Position numbers and translations under genes: made by a program. Below the pieces are notes generated by a model that was not told the origin of the DNA, did not search any database, and saw only the letters and a program-made list of their open reading frames with translations. From positions 372,001-436,000 of the forward strand of contig JAQGDQ010000098.1 of NCBI GenBank assembly GCA_030141605.1: a stretch of 64,000 bases of DNA, in the 5' to 3' direction. This stretch comes from Tubiluchus corallicola (lineage: Eukaryota; Animalia; Priapulida). Numbering within the stretch: position 1 is the stretch's first letter; each line of letters starts with the position of its first letter. Below, piece after piece: positions 42,401 to 57,400 of this stretch.

Positions 42401-45400
42401 GTGACGAAAAATATACGTTTTCGAATCAACCGTTTTTTTCAGATTGTTATTTTTAGCATACTGTATATCCACTACATAGAGCAATGGAATGTAGTAAGAA
42501 CATTACTGGGGATGTTATTCACAATATCAAAAGCTTTGAACCTACATCTTAAACGGAATCACCTCCCTAAACGAAAATTGTTAAGTGGCTCTCCAAAGTA
42601 AAAGGAAAGATCACAAATTTAGCCACATCTAGGCAGCCAAACGTTGCATGCAGCTGGTATCAGCTGGCCAAGTTGGCCTACGTATCGGAATAGCGCATAT
42701 CAAATTATCGGCGACCTTTAGCTGTTAGATCTGTCAACAACGCAAACCACTATCCAGCCAAGAAGTGCTGAAAATAACGCTACCAATATAAACACTTCAA
42801 CTTTTCAACAACAAAATACGACACAAAACTGGAACACCAGCACCTGACAAAGCCAACGAAGTGCTCTAGTATTAGATGAAAGTCACGTTCTTTTCAAGTT
42901 CGGTATTCAAAATATTGCAAATAACATAAGTTTTACTGAAAAGACCAAAAGCATGCATAGCCAGCAAATGATTTAGTGATGTCTCTTGATATTCAGCTCA
43001 AAATGATGGCGAATTGTAGAATGTGATTTCTAAAACTCTCGATAAAAACTTTCAGCGTGCATAGCGTACGCTACATACAATACAAGTGCACATATTAGGG
43101 TGTGGTGATAACTTTTTTATCCAATCTTTTTACAACTTTTCCTACTTTGGAGGTTTGATGAGATACTACCGTGGGTAAATTTTCAGCTAGATTAAGCTTT
43201 GGGAACACGTGTCTCCACTTATGTTAAGATTTCGGAATTATGCTCATTTGTGTAGTAATTTGACAAACTTTAGAAACTATTATGTCCACTCTACTGACCT
43301 AGCAATTTTCACCAATAGTTTGCAATGATTAATAGTTATCGCACATAGAACTGTGACAGTTTTGCATGATAGGAAGTTGTATCTGTAAAATTTAAAAATG
43401 GGCGTATTTTATACATATATCGCCATATGTTAACTAATGCTTTTAAAATTACGCCTATGTGATTTTTTCAAAAAGCTGCTACATTGGAATGTAAGCCCTA
43501 TTTGTTCTATATATATATTAGCATTGTACAGCATATGTGCTAAACAACTTTGGTTAGTACAAAGATACAAGATTCGTAAAACATTTTCAAATTAATTACG
43601 CCTACAATTAAATCTGCCGATGATACCAGACGATTACACGCTTCAACACATATAACACCTTCATTTATTATGCCCTCTGTAAACTTATGAATTCGATAAA
43701 TGAATAACTTCATACTGAATAACAAGTCAAGCACAAATGAAAGTGTGTGCAATTCATTTTTCTGGGGATTTGCTAGTATAACCACAAGAGTGTCAATTTC
43801 GAATAATTTCTAATTTATAAAACCTGACTTATTACAACAAATAAAAAGTCTCTGATGACGAGAGTCAAGATAGCCAACTCGGCAAAAGATAGGGCGTCAT
43901 TTTCCAGCGGAAAACGTTCAGTACAACCCAAAACGTTCCATATCATTTCAGCGGTTGTTGTTAAAAAGTTTTCTATGATTTCTACAAGGCACAATTTGCA
44001 AATTCACCCACAAAAAGTTGCATTTTAAGAAACCCCTAGCCTAGTCGAAAACGTTAGTGTGTGAAAATGACGCAGAATTACTTGGACTGTCATAAAAATA
44101 TTATCGAAACTGCTTGTAAATTTCCAGGTCGACAAATCGAAGCGAGTGACATTGCAGCATAAATTTGAAGCTTATTATAAGTCATGGAATACAAAAACAG
44201 TGTGTCTGTGTTTTTCAATTCTCCACCAGGAAGGATTATTTAGATTGAATGCTCTTTGAGCTTACACCCTTCACGGTTTCATCCTCGACTGGTATTCATT
44301 TAGCTATTGCTAAAACTTCAAGCATAAGCCGTGCGTGAAGCCAGACCACCCCAACCAAACTATTTACCAAGCCAGCCAGCGCGTGGTAAACAAACGTCGT
44401 CACTGCCAAATTTTCAAAATGGAAATATTTACTATTCAGCTCTAAGAAAACAGTTCCTGTAACTTCACAGTTCTACACTAGTAATAAGTGAGCTTTTAAA
44501 CACCTGTTAATCACTTACGTCGCATGTACAATATCATTATCATTATCCAACTTACTTTTTGTCGGAAACGATGTGACATTTGAAGTGAAACGAAAAACTA
44601 TACGTTTTTTTTGTTTAAAAATGGGATATAGGCGTCACTTCTTATAGGAATGAAATAATGAAGATGTGCCTTTAACAAATATTTCGAAAGACTCCACTCT
44701 CCTATAACGTTCTGTGAAAAGTGGAAAATATGATGAAGACAACCGCCTCAACAGCTCTAACATTTTTCACACTACCGCACAAAGCACGATTGTGGACTAA
44801 ATGAAAACTTCGCAGCTTATACTGCACATGTGGGATGTTAATGTTTTAAAATAATAAATAAATGAATGATTCGCTGATTGGGATTTGGATTTTTCAAGCA
44901 ATAAGCGAACTGTCACTTTACGTCGCATGTTCATTTGTCACAGTGTTCGGATGCCAGTGGAAAAATCGGTCACAACCGCCGCTACTTCCTGTCACGAAAG
45001 ACAGAGATAGAAAACTGCTTCATGTTTCAATTACCATGTAAAACGTCTTTAGATGAGAACTGAAAAGCTAGTCATTGTCCGTCGCATCGCTCTCCGAAAT
45101 GCCACCGATCGCCTGAAAATCTGAAAAGCGGCAACAGAAAGACCATTCACTCCGACAGCGAAACGACTTCAGCAATTATCAAGAAACATGGACGAGCGAT
45201 CAAAGGATATGAAGCAATTAAGACTTTTTGAAGACGATGCGAGCTTTATAGGCATGCTTCTCAGTCTTTCTACATCAGCAGCTTTGGTACAAGCATACCA
45301 GAGCTTGAGCTTTGAAGGCTCACGGCTTGCAAGCCCGCCAATGCCGATGATCTTGAATGAATGTTGTGCATGCAAGGCTAGACATGAATGAATGAATAAC

Positions 45401-48400
45401 ACAAAATCAATTATTTAGAAATCATTGTACAGTTAATTCCGCATTTAAAAAGATTAAACATAATTGCCTGTTTTTCTTGTTCAATTTTATTTCAATTAAA
45501 CCGGGCGCTGGGTTTTATTTTTTCATCTACCACAGCCTGCTTTTTGTTTACTGCATCATCTCTCCTCAGTAGGACTTCCATAACCAGTCTATGATTAAAT
45601 TCCATAGTTTCAATATTAATGCGCACATACTATTGAACCACGTCTCCGGGCCTGCGACAGGAAAACCTATCAAAAAGTAATATACAATGGCAATCGTACA
45701 CTTGCTTATAATATTTTCTGGATTTCCTTGAATCAGGTAATGAGACCACACTTGTAGTATGGTAGCAACAATAAAAACAACAATACCCGCAGCGCCGTCC
45801 AACGAACAACAACGTAACTACATGTGTAAAGCAGTTAGAATCAAGTAATACAAAGCTAATTAAGCTACGACGAAAAACACTGACTGTCAATCATTCGAGC
45901 TGGTACTCGCCAAAATAAATAATCATGAATGGTAAGCACACAGATTTTGAAACAAGATACTCGCACGCTCCTAATTGTGCTAGATTTCTAATGCTAATTA
46001 GCATCGGTGGTTTCACTTGACGGTTTACTGCAATAATTAATAATAACAGTCATACTATTAATAAGGCAAGCCAATTCAAAATATATTCAGCTGCATGAAC
46101 ATATATATATATATATATGTATTTAGCGTCTAATCAATGAAAATCAATGAAATAAGTAAGCAAATAAATATTAAGTTTATTATCGTACACACAACAATAT
46201 ACACGCATCTACATAATTTTTAAATAAAGAAAAGATTTTCTTTCTTTATTTGCCCCCATCTACCACTACCAGGCGCACAAAGTCGATCACTGACAAAGTA
46301 AGCATAACAAAGAATGCGTGAAAAGCTCTCAGGAATAAAACACGTTAATGTAAAGCAACATTGCTCTTTACGCACTCGAACAAAAGCAACCTTATTTTTA
46401 CAATCTTACAAATTGGTTTAATTTTGTACTGCGCATGAGCCGTTGTCAGATTTCATATAGATAAGGCGGTTCTAATATGCCCCGCGGCTGTTAATAATGA
46501 TCATTCTGGATTATTTAGCAAATTATCAGATCGAGCTGTGGAACCGTATTTTGTGTTCTGATGATTTTGTAATGGACTCCAAATTCCAGTCAAAACATGG
46601 TAAAGAGGACCCAAACCTAGCGCGGGGCACATAGCAATATCATATTAAGAAACGGACTTTTTATGAGGTAACTTTTCAGTAACCAGTAAGCAATGAAAGC
46701 TCAACTCAATGCAGTTTAAGAATTTAACGTTGTGAATATTGCTAGGCGTTCTTGCTTGTCTGTGCTTGACCCCGTGGCAGTTTACCGGCTCGGCTGAAGA
46801 AATGACCACAGGCCAGTTACAGCAGACTGTTGTAAGCTCTGTATGTATGCAAGTACAGTACGCACAGACGTGTGGTCAAGGCGGAACAATAAACTGGTTA
46901 AGTTCGACCGTATTAATGAGCTTAAATGCTGATAACAATGAACAAGCACAATTTACTGATTTTAAAATCAGTTCTTTACGTCAGTTGTTACAAGTTGTTA
47001 GATCACTTTTAGAGGCAATGTCACCTACACCCCTCAAAAGCGCAGAATAGGCACCACCACCATAATAACGTGCCATAATTTCATAAAAATACAAATAAAG
47101 AGCTTTTAGTAGATAGTTGTGAAAGCCCATCGTATCTCTAACTCTATCAGATTCTAAGTATCTCGCAGACGCCCATACAAAAGCTAATGTAAATAGAGAT
47201 CAAAGGAGATAAAGATAATGCGTTTTATATGCCTGAAACTGGTCTTGGGGTTGTGGATATAAATTTTACAGCACACTGTCTCATTAAAGTTATGTCTCAT
47301 TATGTTTTTGCAAGGTTTATATAAATTATAACCTACCTGCCTGGAGTTAATACATACTTGCCTAATCAGTAAACTACGTAAACGACAAATTACTACACCT
47401 GTTTCTTTTAGTAAAGATAGTATTATGATCTGCAAACAGCAAGTATGTAAAAGATAGGCCTACAGGTGTCTTTTTAACAAAGATTATATTATGCGCGCGC
47501 TAAATGTAATTAATTATGTAATTTGCTTCACGCAGTTTGTCCATACATGAGCATTATTAACGCGCCTATAATTAAACAGTTTAATTTGAGATAATTTCCT
47601 CATTCAGGATAATCAGTATTCGTGAGCGCCATTAACTGTCTAGCGACGGTGGAATTGAGCCATTTACAGCAATAAATTCTGTAAAGAAATGTATTTAATA
47701 CAAAATACTCGATCAGAAATATAATGCTGCACCCTAATAAAGCAAATTTAGGGAACAGGATCCAATTTCAAACTATAGCTAAAAATAATGTAATGTATAA
47801 AATATTTAAATAGAACACAATTGTTGTTTAACAGGTACTTGCAACGCGAAAAAATTAATAGCAGTTTAATTTCATGTTCGCGCCCAATTACATGCATTAC
47901 GCCATTTCTACTTAGATGGACACAATGCATTCATCTCGGAAATGCGTAAGCGCAAAAACATGTGCTGTACCACCACTCTACATAATTGTGGCGTAGTGCA
48001 CACGTTCGACAGCTCATGTATTATTGCCCTGGTAAACCTGAAATTTAATTTTTTTCATTTAAAATTTATCGAGTTTTTGTATATTGCCTTAACAGTAGCA
48101 GCACTGTACTTCAATTTTGCTTTCGCAAACACGTGTAACCCGCTCGTGGAATGTTTGTGCAGTTGAAAATTGTGTTCAGTTGTGACGTTATCACTAACTG
48201 CACTCACTGACCGTTAATTAGTTTTTAACCTAATCGTAGGTGTTATATGAATACTTTTACCGTTCTTCAAACTACTGTAGAATATGAAATGTCATTTTGT
48301 TTTCCTTTAATATGATGCATGCAACGGTACAACTAAAGAAAAGGGTTTTTCATTAATAATGCTGCATCGTGCTATTATTCTGATAAGTGGGGGCTTACAT

Positions 48401-51400
48401 GATTTAAATAGTCCAAGAAGCCTAATGACATGCATTCCAACGTTCAACAAATTACGGAGAATAAACCACACTGGACTGGTAATCTTGGCGTTAGTGCTGT
48501 AAATTGCTAATTGCTAATATGTACGTATATGCAATTTCCCGATTTAGCTGGTTGCATTTGCAGTCTAACAGGGTATCTCTCTCAACGTACTTGAATAAAT
48601 CTTTAGAAGTTGTTACCTATTAAACTGTCATATTTAAAACCTGTTCTAAATTACGAATAAAAGCTCGACAGGGATCAAATTTAAGGGGGTTTAAGAGGGG
48701 TCGAAAAATTCACGCCACTTGCAGGTCATGATTAAATCTTGATGGTGCTACAACAAAGTCTAAAAAGTCAAAAATCCTAGTAACAAGTGAATTGTGACTC
48801 GAGGACTGGCATCCACATTTGTGTGTCCGGAAGTGACGGAATTACGGCATTGGTAAGCTGTATGGCAGTCATAAAAACGAAAAAGCTTCGTTACACAACG
48901 AAAACGCATTCATCGCATTAATCTTTATCTGAAATTCATGAGGCACCGAGCTTTAGTCGTTCGTCTCCATGAATTTAAGAATTATTGCCGATGAAAAAGT
49001 CGACGAGAGAATTGTCCACAACGATAAAACGTACAGAAACGGCAACAATGAGATATAGGCAGATGATAAAGTAATAGATTTATGGTCACTAATACGTAAT
49101 TCATTGCTGCGCCGAACATACTTCGGCTACAATGAACTCGTCAACAAGATCCGGGAAAAATCGACCAAGAAATAGGATCATTTAATGATCATGGATTCGA
49201 ATAACCGGATACCTAAGAGAGAATTGCGGATATTTCTCTAATTGTATGGCTTTTACGTAAGCAACAAGGATGCTTACAACAAGCACTCGAATGACCTAAA
49301 GAGTCTTTCAAGTAGGTCCCAATATATTTTTAAAGACTTTCTTGAAATAAATACAGAGGTAAAGTTGTGGCTGTATGACAGGTGAATTCGTCCTACTCTC
49401 AACATATGTGATTAGTCTTTTCTGCATAGAATAGACAATGTAGAAACAACAAGTGCGTGTTAAAACTGGAAATTCAAAAAATATGTGCTGTGCTAACTAT
49501 TACGTGCAATCTTGACTCTCAGTAACTAGTGAACCTTCAACATAAATTATATATGTCGCAATATAACATTTCACCATAGTGTATTTTTATATCAATCAAC
49601 CAACTCGTTTCTTAATCTTTGGAACAGCTGGTATCTGATAGCAATGTAAACGTCTACAGGTATCAATCAAGCTTTTGAATTGTAGTTTAACAGAATAAAA
49701 CACAGAGAGATTATCATTATCGGGGGGGGGGCAAAAAGCCTTCAAATACCGAATGCAGAGCCCATCGGCAGACAAACTTCTAAAAATCAACTTTCAGTAC
49801 AAGCATAGGAGTTTTTGAAGCAAACATACGCACTACTGTACGCTACTGTACCCGTTAAAACAAAACCGGACCCAATCTTAAACTGTAGGTCAAATCAATC
49901 TACTCTTTAAAATATTGAAAGGGAACACACTATGTTTTCAAAAATGACTTACGTGAAAGAATTATTACCACACAAATACAATTTCGCATTCGCGCCACTA
50001 ATTCTTCGCTGTTGCGAAATGTTCTCAACATTTCACAATACGCTTGTTAGACGGGCACTAGCGCTTGCATTTCGGAAACGCATTATACAAAAACAGGTAC
50101 CGTACCTCAGTTCGGCTATGTTAGTTTCTGATGAACTACGCATGTTCGACAGCTCATGCGCGAGCTCAGCGGTAAATTTCAAATTTGAATTTTTATCTTA
50201 AAATATGCCTAGTTTTAGTACTTGTAACACACTGAATATCTTACAGTAGCACTGTACTTCAATTTTCGCTTTCGTAAATACGTGCAACACGCTCGTAGAA
50301 TATTTTTGCGGTTCAAAATTATGTTAGTTTTTGACGTCATCAATAGTTGGGCTCGCCCGCCGTAAATTAAGTTTTAATCTATTACTTAATTATCATAAAC
50401 GCTTTTGCAATATTAATCGTTTTTATCGGACTTGAAAATGGGGTAGTATATGAAAAATCATCCTGTCTTCCTTTAAGTCTATTGCCTATATTGGACAGGC
50501 AGAATTCCAGTATAAATGAAATATGTCAGCACCACTTCTATTAAAGAGGCACCAACATGAGAAATTACAGAAATTTACAAGCTAGTAAGCTGCAACATCT
50601 AGTAACCAAAGTATTAACCATCCCAATTTTTTCAAATATCTATCATTGCAAAGTACAGGCAAGGCCTTAACAAAATCAAAACCCAATCCATTATCCCTTT
50701 GCGTCTGACACCTTGGCAACACACAAGATCATTCGTTTCACACAATTCAAGTCCGAAGTGGCACACTTGGCGCGCACATTCGCCGCAAACTGTGTCAAGT
50801 GAACAGTTGGAGTCGCGGCGTGGGACAATGGTCACTTCGCGGACGTCGGTCAAACCGAGTGACATCCAACACCTCTGCATCTGCCATCAACACTTTCTGA
50901 ACATTCTAAGCTCGAGAATTAAAAGCAGAGCTAGGGTCGGGTAAGAATGTGCACACCACGTGCTTGCAGATTCAGATATACTACACCTAGAACCGCACAG
51001 TATGATATTAGTTTTTCTTCAGCTTAAATCTCCAATGCAAAGCCCAACAAGGAAACAAATTTTAGGGAACAAATCAAATCAGAGGCCTTTTTCAACAGAT
51101 AACTAAGTGTAAATCAATTTATTTGTCCGTGTATAAACGCGTAGCGGGTTTTTACGATGAACCCCTTTTGTGTAAAATTAATATTGTTGAAACTTGCTAC
51201 ATCGGTAATTTATGATGACTTCGTGGGAAGAATAGCCAAGTGGTCATGGGCTCATGGCAGGGCTTGCCTACGGACGCTAAACAATAAGGAACCTAATTAT
51301 TAAACAGCCAGGAGACTGCCAGAAAAACTGCTTTTAGGGAGTTATCTGCTAAGCCGTCCCAAGCTATTTCTTTCATGGGGAGGGAAACATACACCAACAG

Positions 51401-54400
51401 CTACTGGTACCGCTGCAACCATCTAAATTAAGTAGGCCCTGTTGCTGATTACTGGGTCATGGCTTATACAAACTACCTAACTGAATTTACAAACTATTTA
51501 TATATAACAATAAAAAAAGTACAAGAACGGTTTTGTGGTGTGTCCTGCGTTTAAATCACTGATATAAGAACAAGCCAATAATGATGACGGTAACGAAGCC
51601 GCTGCATGTGTTGTTTGGGTACCTATTGCGAATAAAGCGTGCGGCAAACACCTCAGATATATAATTATTAAACCTCTTTGTTAATCAGCTCTGCATTTAA
51701 GCCAACAATTTATGAAATTAATCATGCTGGTATTAGCTTAGAAGCCCTGATGTACCCAAAATCTCTCCAGCTATTCGTGTATCTGACACATCACGTTTAT
51801 TACGTGATGGTCACTGAGCACTTAATTGAGCAGATGGCCAAATATATTTAATGGCTTCACTAGCCTAATGGATAGTTGCAACCATTACACAACTGCATAT
51901 TCTTCATAAACTACACGTCGTCTTATTATTAAATATAACGTTAACCTTCCAGTTTGATGAATGTAAACGAGGCCATGTATGCCAGATGTGAATAAATAGA
52001 CCTTATATGATTCGCATGCAGTACGTTAAGTGGATCCTACTCTACAGAGCTTACCGATTGATATCTTAAAGAAACAGCAAATGTGAAATCCTGTAAACAG
52101 ACGAAAACGGAGAACTTTGCCGATTTAATGCAATCATGTCACAAGTGTTAACGCTTAAACTTATGTCTCAGCAATTAAGAACGTGGTTTGCATCAAATTC
52201 CTAAAATAACATTTCTCCACCTGTTCGGCCAATGGTCACTGCGGGCCATTTCATTACTAGTATACTCACGCGGGCTGAGCACTGCGTATCAGATTACAAC
52301 TCACTACAGCACGTACGGTAAAGCGGGCGAGAGAAAACTGGAGATAAGAAACAAAGTGGCGTTCATGTAGCATGCGGACGCGGATGCGTTTTTGGGGGTG
52401 CGGAATAGATAAAATCGGTTTATTCTGTTTTCAATACTGTTTGTGCAGCCTGAGTATGCGTTATACTTTTTCCGCAGGCTGTTCCGCAATGGAAAACGCA
52501 CCGCATGCTATATAACGCCACTTAACAGTTATTGCGCTGAGACTTACGTCCACGATCAAGTACAATGCAACGCTGCGGATGAAAGTTTCTACGTGGTTGA
52601 TAGCAATACAGGGGGGTTCCAATAACACTAAAAATTGTTGAGAAAAAAATTGATGAAGATATGTATTCAACAGACTTTTAAAACCAAAAAATTCTTGGTT
52701 CTCAGAGTTATTATTTGCTAGTAGTATAGTGAATGTTACAGACACGATGGTGATGCATTTTTCATTTTTTATTACTAAATCACTATACTAGTATGAAACC
52801 AAACAGCGGCAAGTCGTAAGGGGAACTAGTGATAATCCCCTTAACAAGTGGACGAAACTTACCTGTAATTGTGCGCAAAACATTGCTAAACAAATTGTCT
52901 GATTTAGGGTTAACACCTTAACTTTATTAGGAACTGCAACCGCTCTGTGTTTTAGTTAATTACAGAATGAACCAGGAAGTTTACTGATTATTAATTACAA
53001 GCTTAATAATTATTGTGCACAAAGGTTCCGACACGGTACCAGTGAAGGCAGGTAAAGCAAAATTTTGACGATTTTGACAAATGCCATTACTTCGTTAGGA
53101 GCTTACTTCAGCTTCGGCGTGGTCAGCACATAAACACGCATTACAAGATTTGAAAGAAGTTCAAGAACCCACACAAAGATCCATGAACGCGTAAACTTAT
53201 AAGTGTGTGTGTATGATTGTGGTCTGGCTCTTGTGGGTTGTACAAATTGAAAAAAAATCAAGAGTTGTTAAAAGCACGCTGATGACAATTGGCTACGCAA
53301 ACTGAAAGTAGCTTTGAAGCTTCCTGAATGCTGGCGCCTTAACAGGCTTTGACTAGATGACCACTGGAAAATGTAACGCAAATCACCTCACACAAAATTT
53401 GCGAGCGCATACTACTTTTATGTGAAGCAACCTGAGGAGTGTACAACCACAGTAAAGAATTAGTAAAAGTAAAACTATTTTGATAGTTGTGATCAGCAGC
53501 ACTACAGAAATATTATAAATGATGTTATGTTAAATTCTAATTTTATTGTAGTGTGATATGAATTTTTTGCGAGTGCGTTGTGTGTTTGTAATTTTTGTTT
53601 GTTGTATTCAAAATAAGGTTTGTCTGTTTGCGATTTAGCTAAATGAACAGTACGTACATCAGACTTGTATAAGACAGTCAAACTAATGCACGGACCATTT
53701 TTCAGAAGTTTTATTTAACTTACATATATCGTCAATAATATGGCAAGCTGCTGTACTCTGTTGCCGACATTCCTACTTTCCTAAAGTAATCCAACGTTCT
53801 AAGTACTTTTACGCCCATTTAACATTCAGTAACGGAAAATAACTAGCAAGCAATTTCTTGTTTTCAGTTGAAAATTGGCGCTTTAACATCACATAAATTC
53901 CCTCATACTCACCCACAGCTAATAAAATATTCAAGGACAAACATTAAATATACTGTACAGCGCGCCACCTGGTTTAGTTCAGGCAGATCCACAGGATGAG
54001 GTTACCAGTCCCATCATAAGGAACTTCTATTACAATCAGATTTACGGTTTGCAGACTCACAGAAAATCACAGCCCGTAGAGCATGCTCTTACTGTACAAG
54101 AAAAGATCAACAATGATTCACCGCTATACATGCAGGAATATTTAATATCATCCAACAGGAAAGAGGTAGTAATTGATAAATGTCTGCCCTGCATGTGATA
54201 TAAGTCTGTAATGAAGGACGCACCCGTACAATAGCTATCCACGCCGCAAGCTCTTTGCAATTATCTGGCTATGATAATGATGAAGCCAGTAGAGAGTGGC
54301 TACCGCCACACGGTCTAAAGACTCCCGGTGATTTGCGATTCATAGTATGATATGCATGAAGTGCGTTAGGTTGAGAAATGCTGCCGTCGCAACAGAATAC

Positions 54401-57400
54401 AGCCAAAACAGCAAAAAGATCTCAGTAAAATCCACCATAGATTGTTGGCATTTAGATACTTTGTATGTTGTTATCCAGGAATCCCCCACGACTACGAGCA
54501 AATGCGCACGCGGAATACAAATAACTGGGCTAATGTCTTGCAAAACTAATTAGGTCTGTGACAACCCAGAAGGCGCCGCCCGCAAACCATAACTATTTTA
54601 TATATGCTCACTATATCAAACTCATGATCATCATGGGGGGACTAACACTTAAGCAAGACCTCATGCTCAGAAGAAAAATCTGCTAGAAGAGTAGAGTGAT
54701 TAATGTTGGAAAGATCTGCGCAATTTAGCTGTAGATCTGTATATACGCTTTCTCTTTTGTTTTTGGTTTCGGTTAGACTGCATTTTCCAAGCAATAAAAA
54801 GTTTTTTTTTTGAAGTCATACGTTAACAATATGGGAATGAAACCACTAAGCATTTTGTGTACTTAACTGAAAATGGTCGATTTGGAAATTTTATAAAAGG
54901 TGCATACTTTTAAAAACAGACTCGCATTTAAATGGTGTTGTTCATCGCAAAATCCATTGGATGACTGACAGACCGGCCAACGTACGAATCGAACGACTAA
55001 CCATCTGGGACAGCTATTGAAGGCTTCGCCGAGTATAGACATTTTGCCAAGAGATGGAAGGATACAACTTTGTTTATTTGAGCATTTATACTATCGGTGT
55101 TTGTACTGTGTTTCTCTCATTCCTAGCCAGGTCAACTGCACTAATAAACAAGGCGGGGTCCCTCGGGTTAAATTTGTGAAACTTAATAGATTCCAACCCC
55201 TGCGACAGATGGTTAGAGGATGGGTGAACTGGTATGGTACATGAGGGATCATGCACCTATCAGTGCTCTCAAACGCGCACTTAAGAAGACCACCCATCCA
55301 CTTCTTAATTCTGTTGAAAAGTTTGCAAACAGCTGGATCAAATTTTTGCACGCTGAGTGCAATCAGTCAAAATTTAGGAATTACCCTTAAATGATGGCAG
55401 CTCCCAAGCAACAGAGAATCACGTGATTAACTCAGTATGCTTTTCACAAAGGTCAATACTGACATTGAAAACAAAACCAGATTATTTTATATTAGTTTGT
55501 ATAAACCAGCTCATTAAAAAATGTTTGTGCTCTTCGTAATGTAAAAAGTACTTTATTCAAAAATTATTACGGGTTATCGTTTTGAAACAATTTATAGTTG
55601 CTTATAATAATAGCACTCCTAAACTGTTTTCTAGTAGCGCATCTGCTATCCTACTGTTAACCACATTTCTTGCACTTGAGAAGAAAATGTTACCATACAG
55701 TTTAAGATAGTGAGTTTTTAACCTAGAAAATAATTTTTACACTTTATTGTGAGTTCAGCTGTCTATTTTAAATCATTTTTTAAAAAAAAATAGAACACTG
55801 TTTTAACTTTGTGACGTCACGTCATTTTAAATGTTTTATACTCATTTTTGCATAATGTACGTACGCAATTTCAGTTTTTTAGTGTAGTTTAGTTACAGTA
55901 AATATTTAAATTGTTTGTTTTATATGGCTTATGCTGAAATAAACAGTAATCAATCTTAAGAAATATCATGAACTTGTGGCTATATACCAAATTTATATAC
56001 GGATTCGTGAACATTTTCTAAATGCTACAGAATTTTGGCAGCAGCGATAGGCCAAACAATCCCTTGCTTGACAGAAATCAGAAACTATCTTTAACAGCTT
56101 CTGCACGTCTCCTACATTTCCAGAAGCTACAATGTACATGCAATCATAACCCTACGCCCAAATGACTTAAGCGTAAACCATTTGACCTGTTTCTCTTGCT
56201 AATCTCCAAAACCTAACAGAAGATCGATATCTGCAGAAAACGTCCCGCCGTGGTGATATTTTTTATTAGATCACTAGTCCACCAACATTTGTGACGCAGC
56301 GTCTGTACAGCAAAGGGACAGTACACGGGAAGTGCCTCACAATGAATAAGCACAAATCACCTTAGGAGCGAAAATTGGTACAACAATTAGAAAAAAGTTA
56401 ATAATCCATTACGTTAGGCCCTTCCCTTATTTACCCTTATGTGCTAACAGTTCAAATGTTCAAAGATAAGTGAAGTTACAGTACAATGCAATGGCATCTG
56501 AAGATGCGGACTAACGAAGGGACTCGTATTTATTTTTAATGGCTTTCAAATGTTTAAATTGCAACAAATGCATTGGTAAGTGGACCTACAACAGTCACAA
56601 GTGTGCGAAGTAAGTATAGAATTCACTAAATGGAGCATAAGCCAAACGAAATTCCGAAAATCTAACACAATGACATTAACTGACACGATCACACATTTTA
56701 CAAGTTTACTCTATTCTATTTTGACCTGTTATATCGGTACTGTTACGCTGCCAGTTTGACATTAAAAAATGTACCACGGTTTCTAGAGACTAGGGCGTTA
56801 CCCTAGTAGATAAATAGTCATTAAAATTTCAGTTATGATCACTCTAACGAGAGTTGCCTAAGATAATCTGGGACACTAATCTGACAACTTCTAGATAATC
56901 TTGGGTAATGTCATGCTTTTAGAAAATATTGGAGTTAATCTACAAACTCTGTCGAGTAGTTTTGTTGACTTTACGAGTTGACATTACCTTTTCCCTGTTT
57001 TTTTCCAATTCACCGGCTGCAAAGAACACAGCACTGACCCGAGCTACTCACTAACGGCTTGTTATCTTAGCGCTATGATTTCCGCTAACAATTCTCGCTT
57101 TACTTCCGGCTTGAGGATTCCCACCTCCAGGTAGCTAAGAAACGGGAACAATCCAGAACATGTGTGGGCCTCAAAGCACTGAAAGAGCGCGCGTGTCCAC
57201 TTGTGGAGGTGGGTGAGAGCTGGTAAACGTAGACCTATGGGAAAATAGCCACGTGCACGAGGGTCACGCTTAGTGACCTGCTATCATGCAATGTCCATTC
57301 CTTCTGCCCGTATGATATGCTTTTACAGGGCTCAAAAGCCTACACCGCGCAGGAATAATAGAATGGATAATTTTGATAAATTTTTTATTGTTTACTGTGT

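Noticed and set aside
46739-47050. 103-aa plus-strand ORF with hydrophobic N-terminus as a nested gene
   Set aside because: TTG start, no recognisable domain, no exon partners; within chance expectation.
53350-53372. miR-279-like 5' match TGACTAGAT (also miR-252-like at ~21996, miR-7-like at ~17285, miR-87-like at ~4605)
   Set aside because: Only 9-12 nt matches, 3' halves differ and I see no pre-miRNA hairpin.
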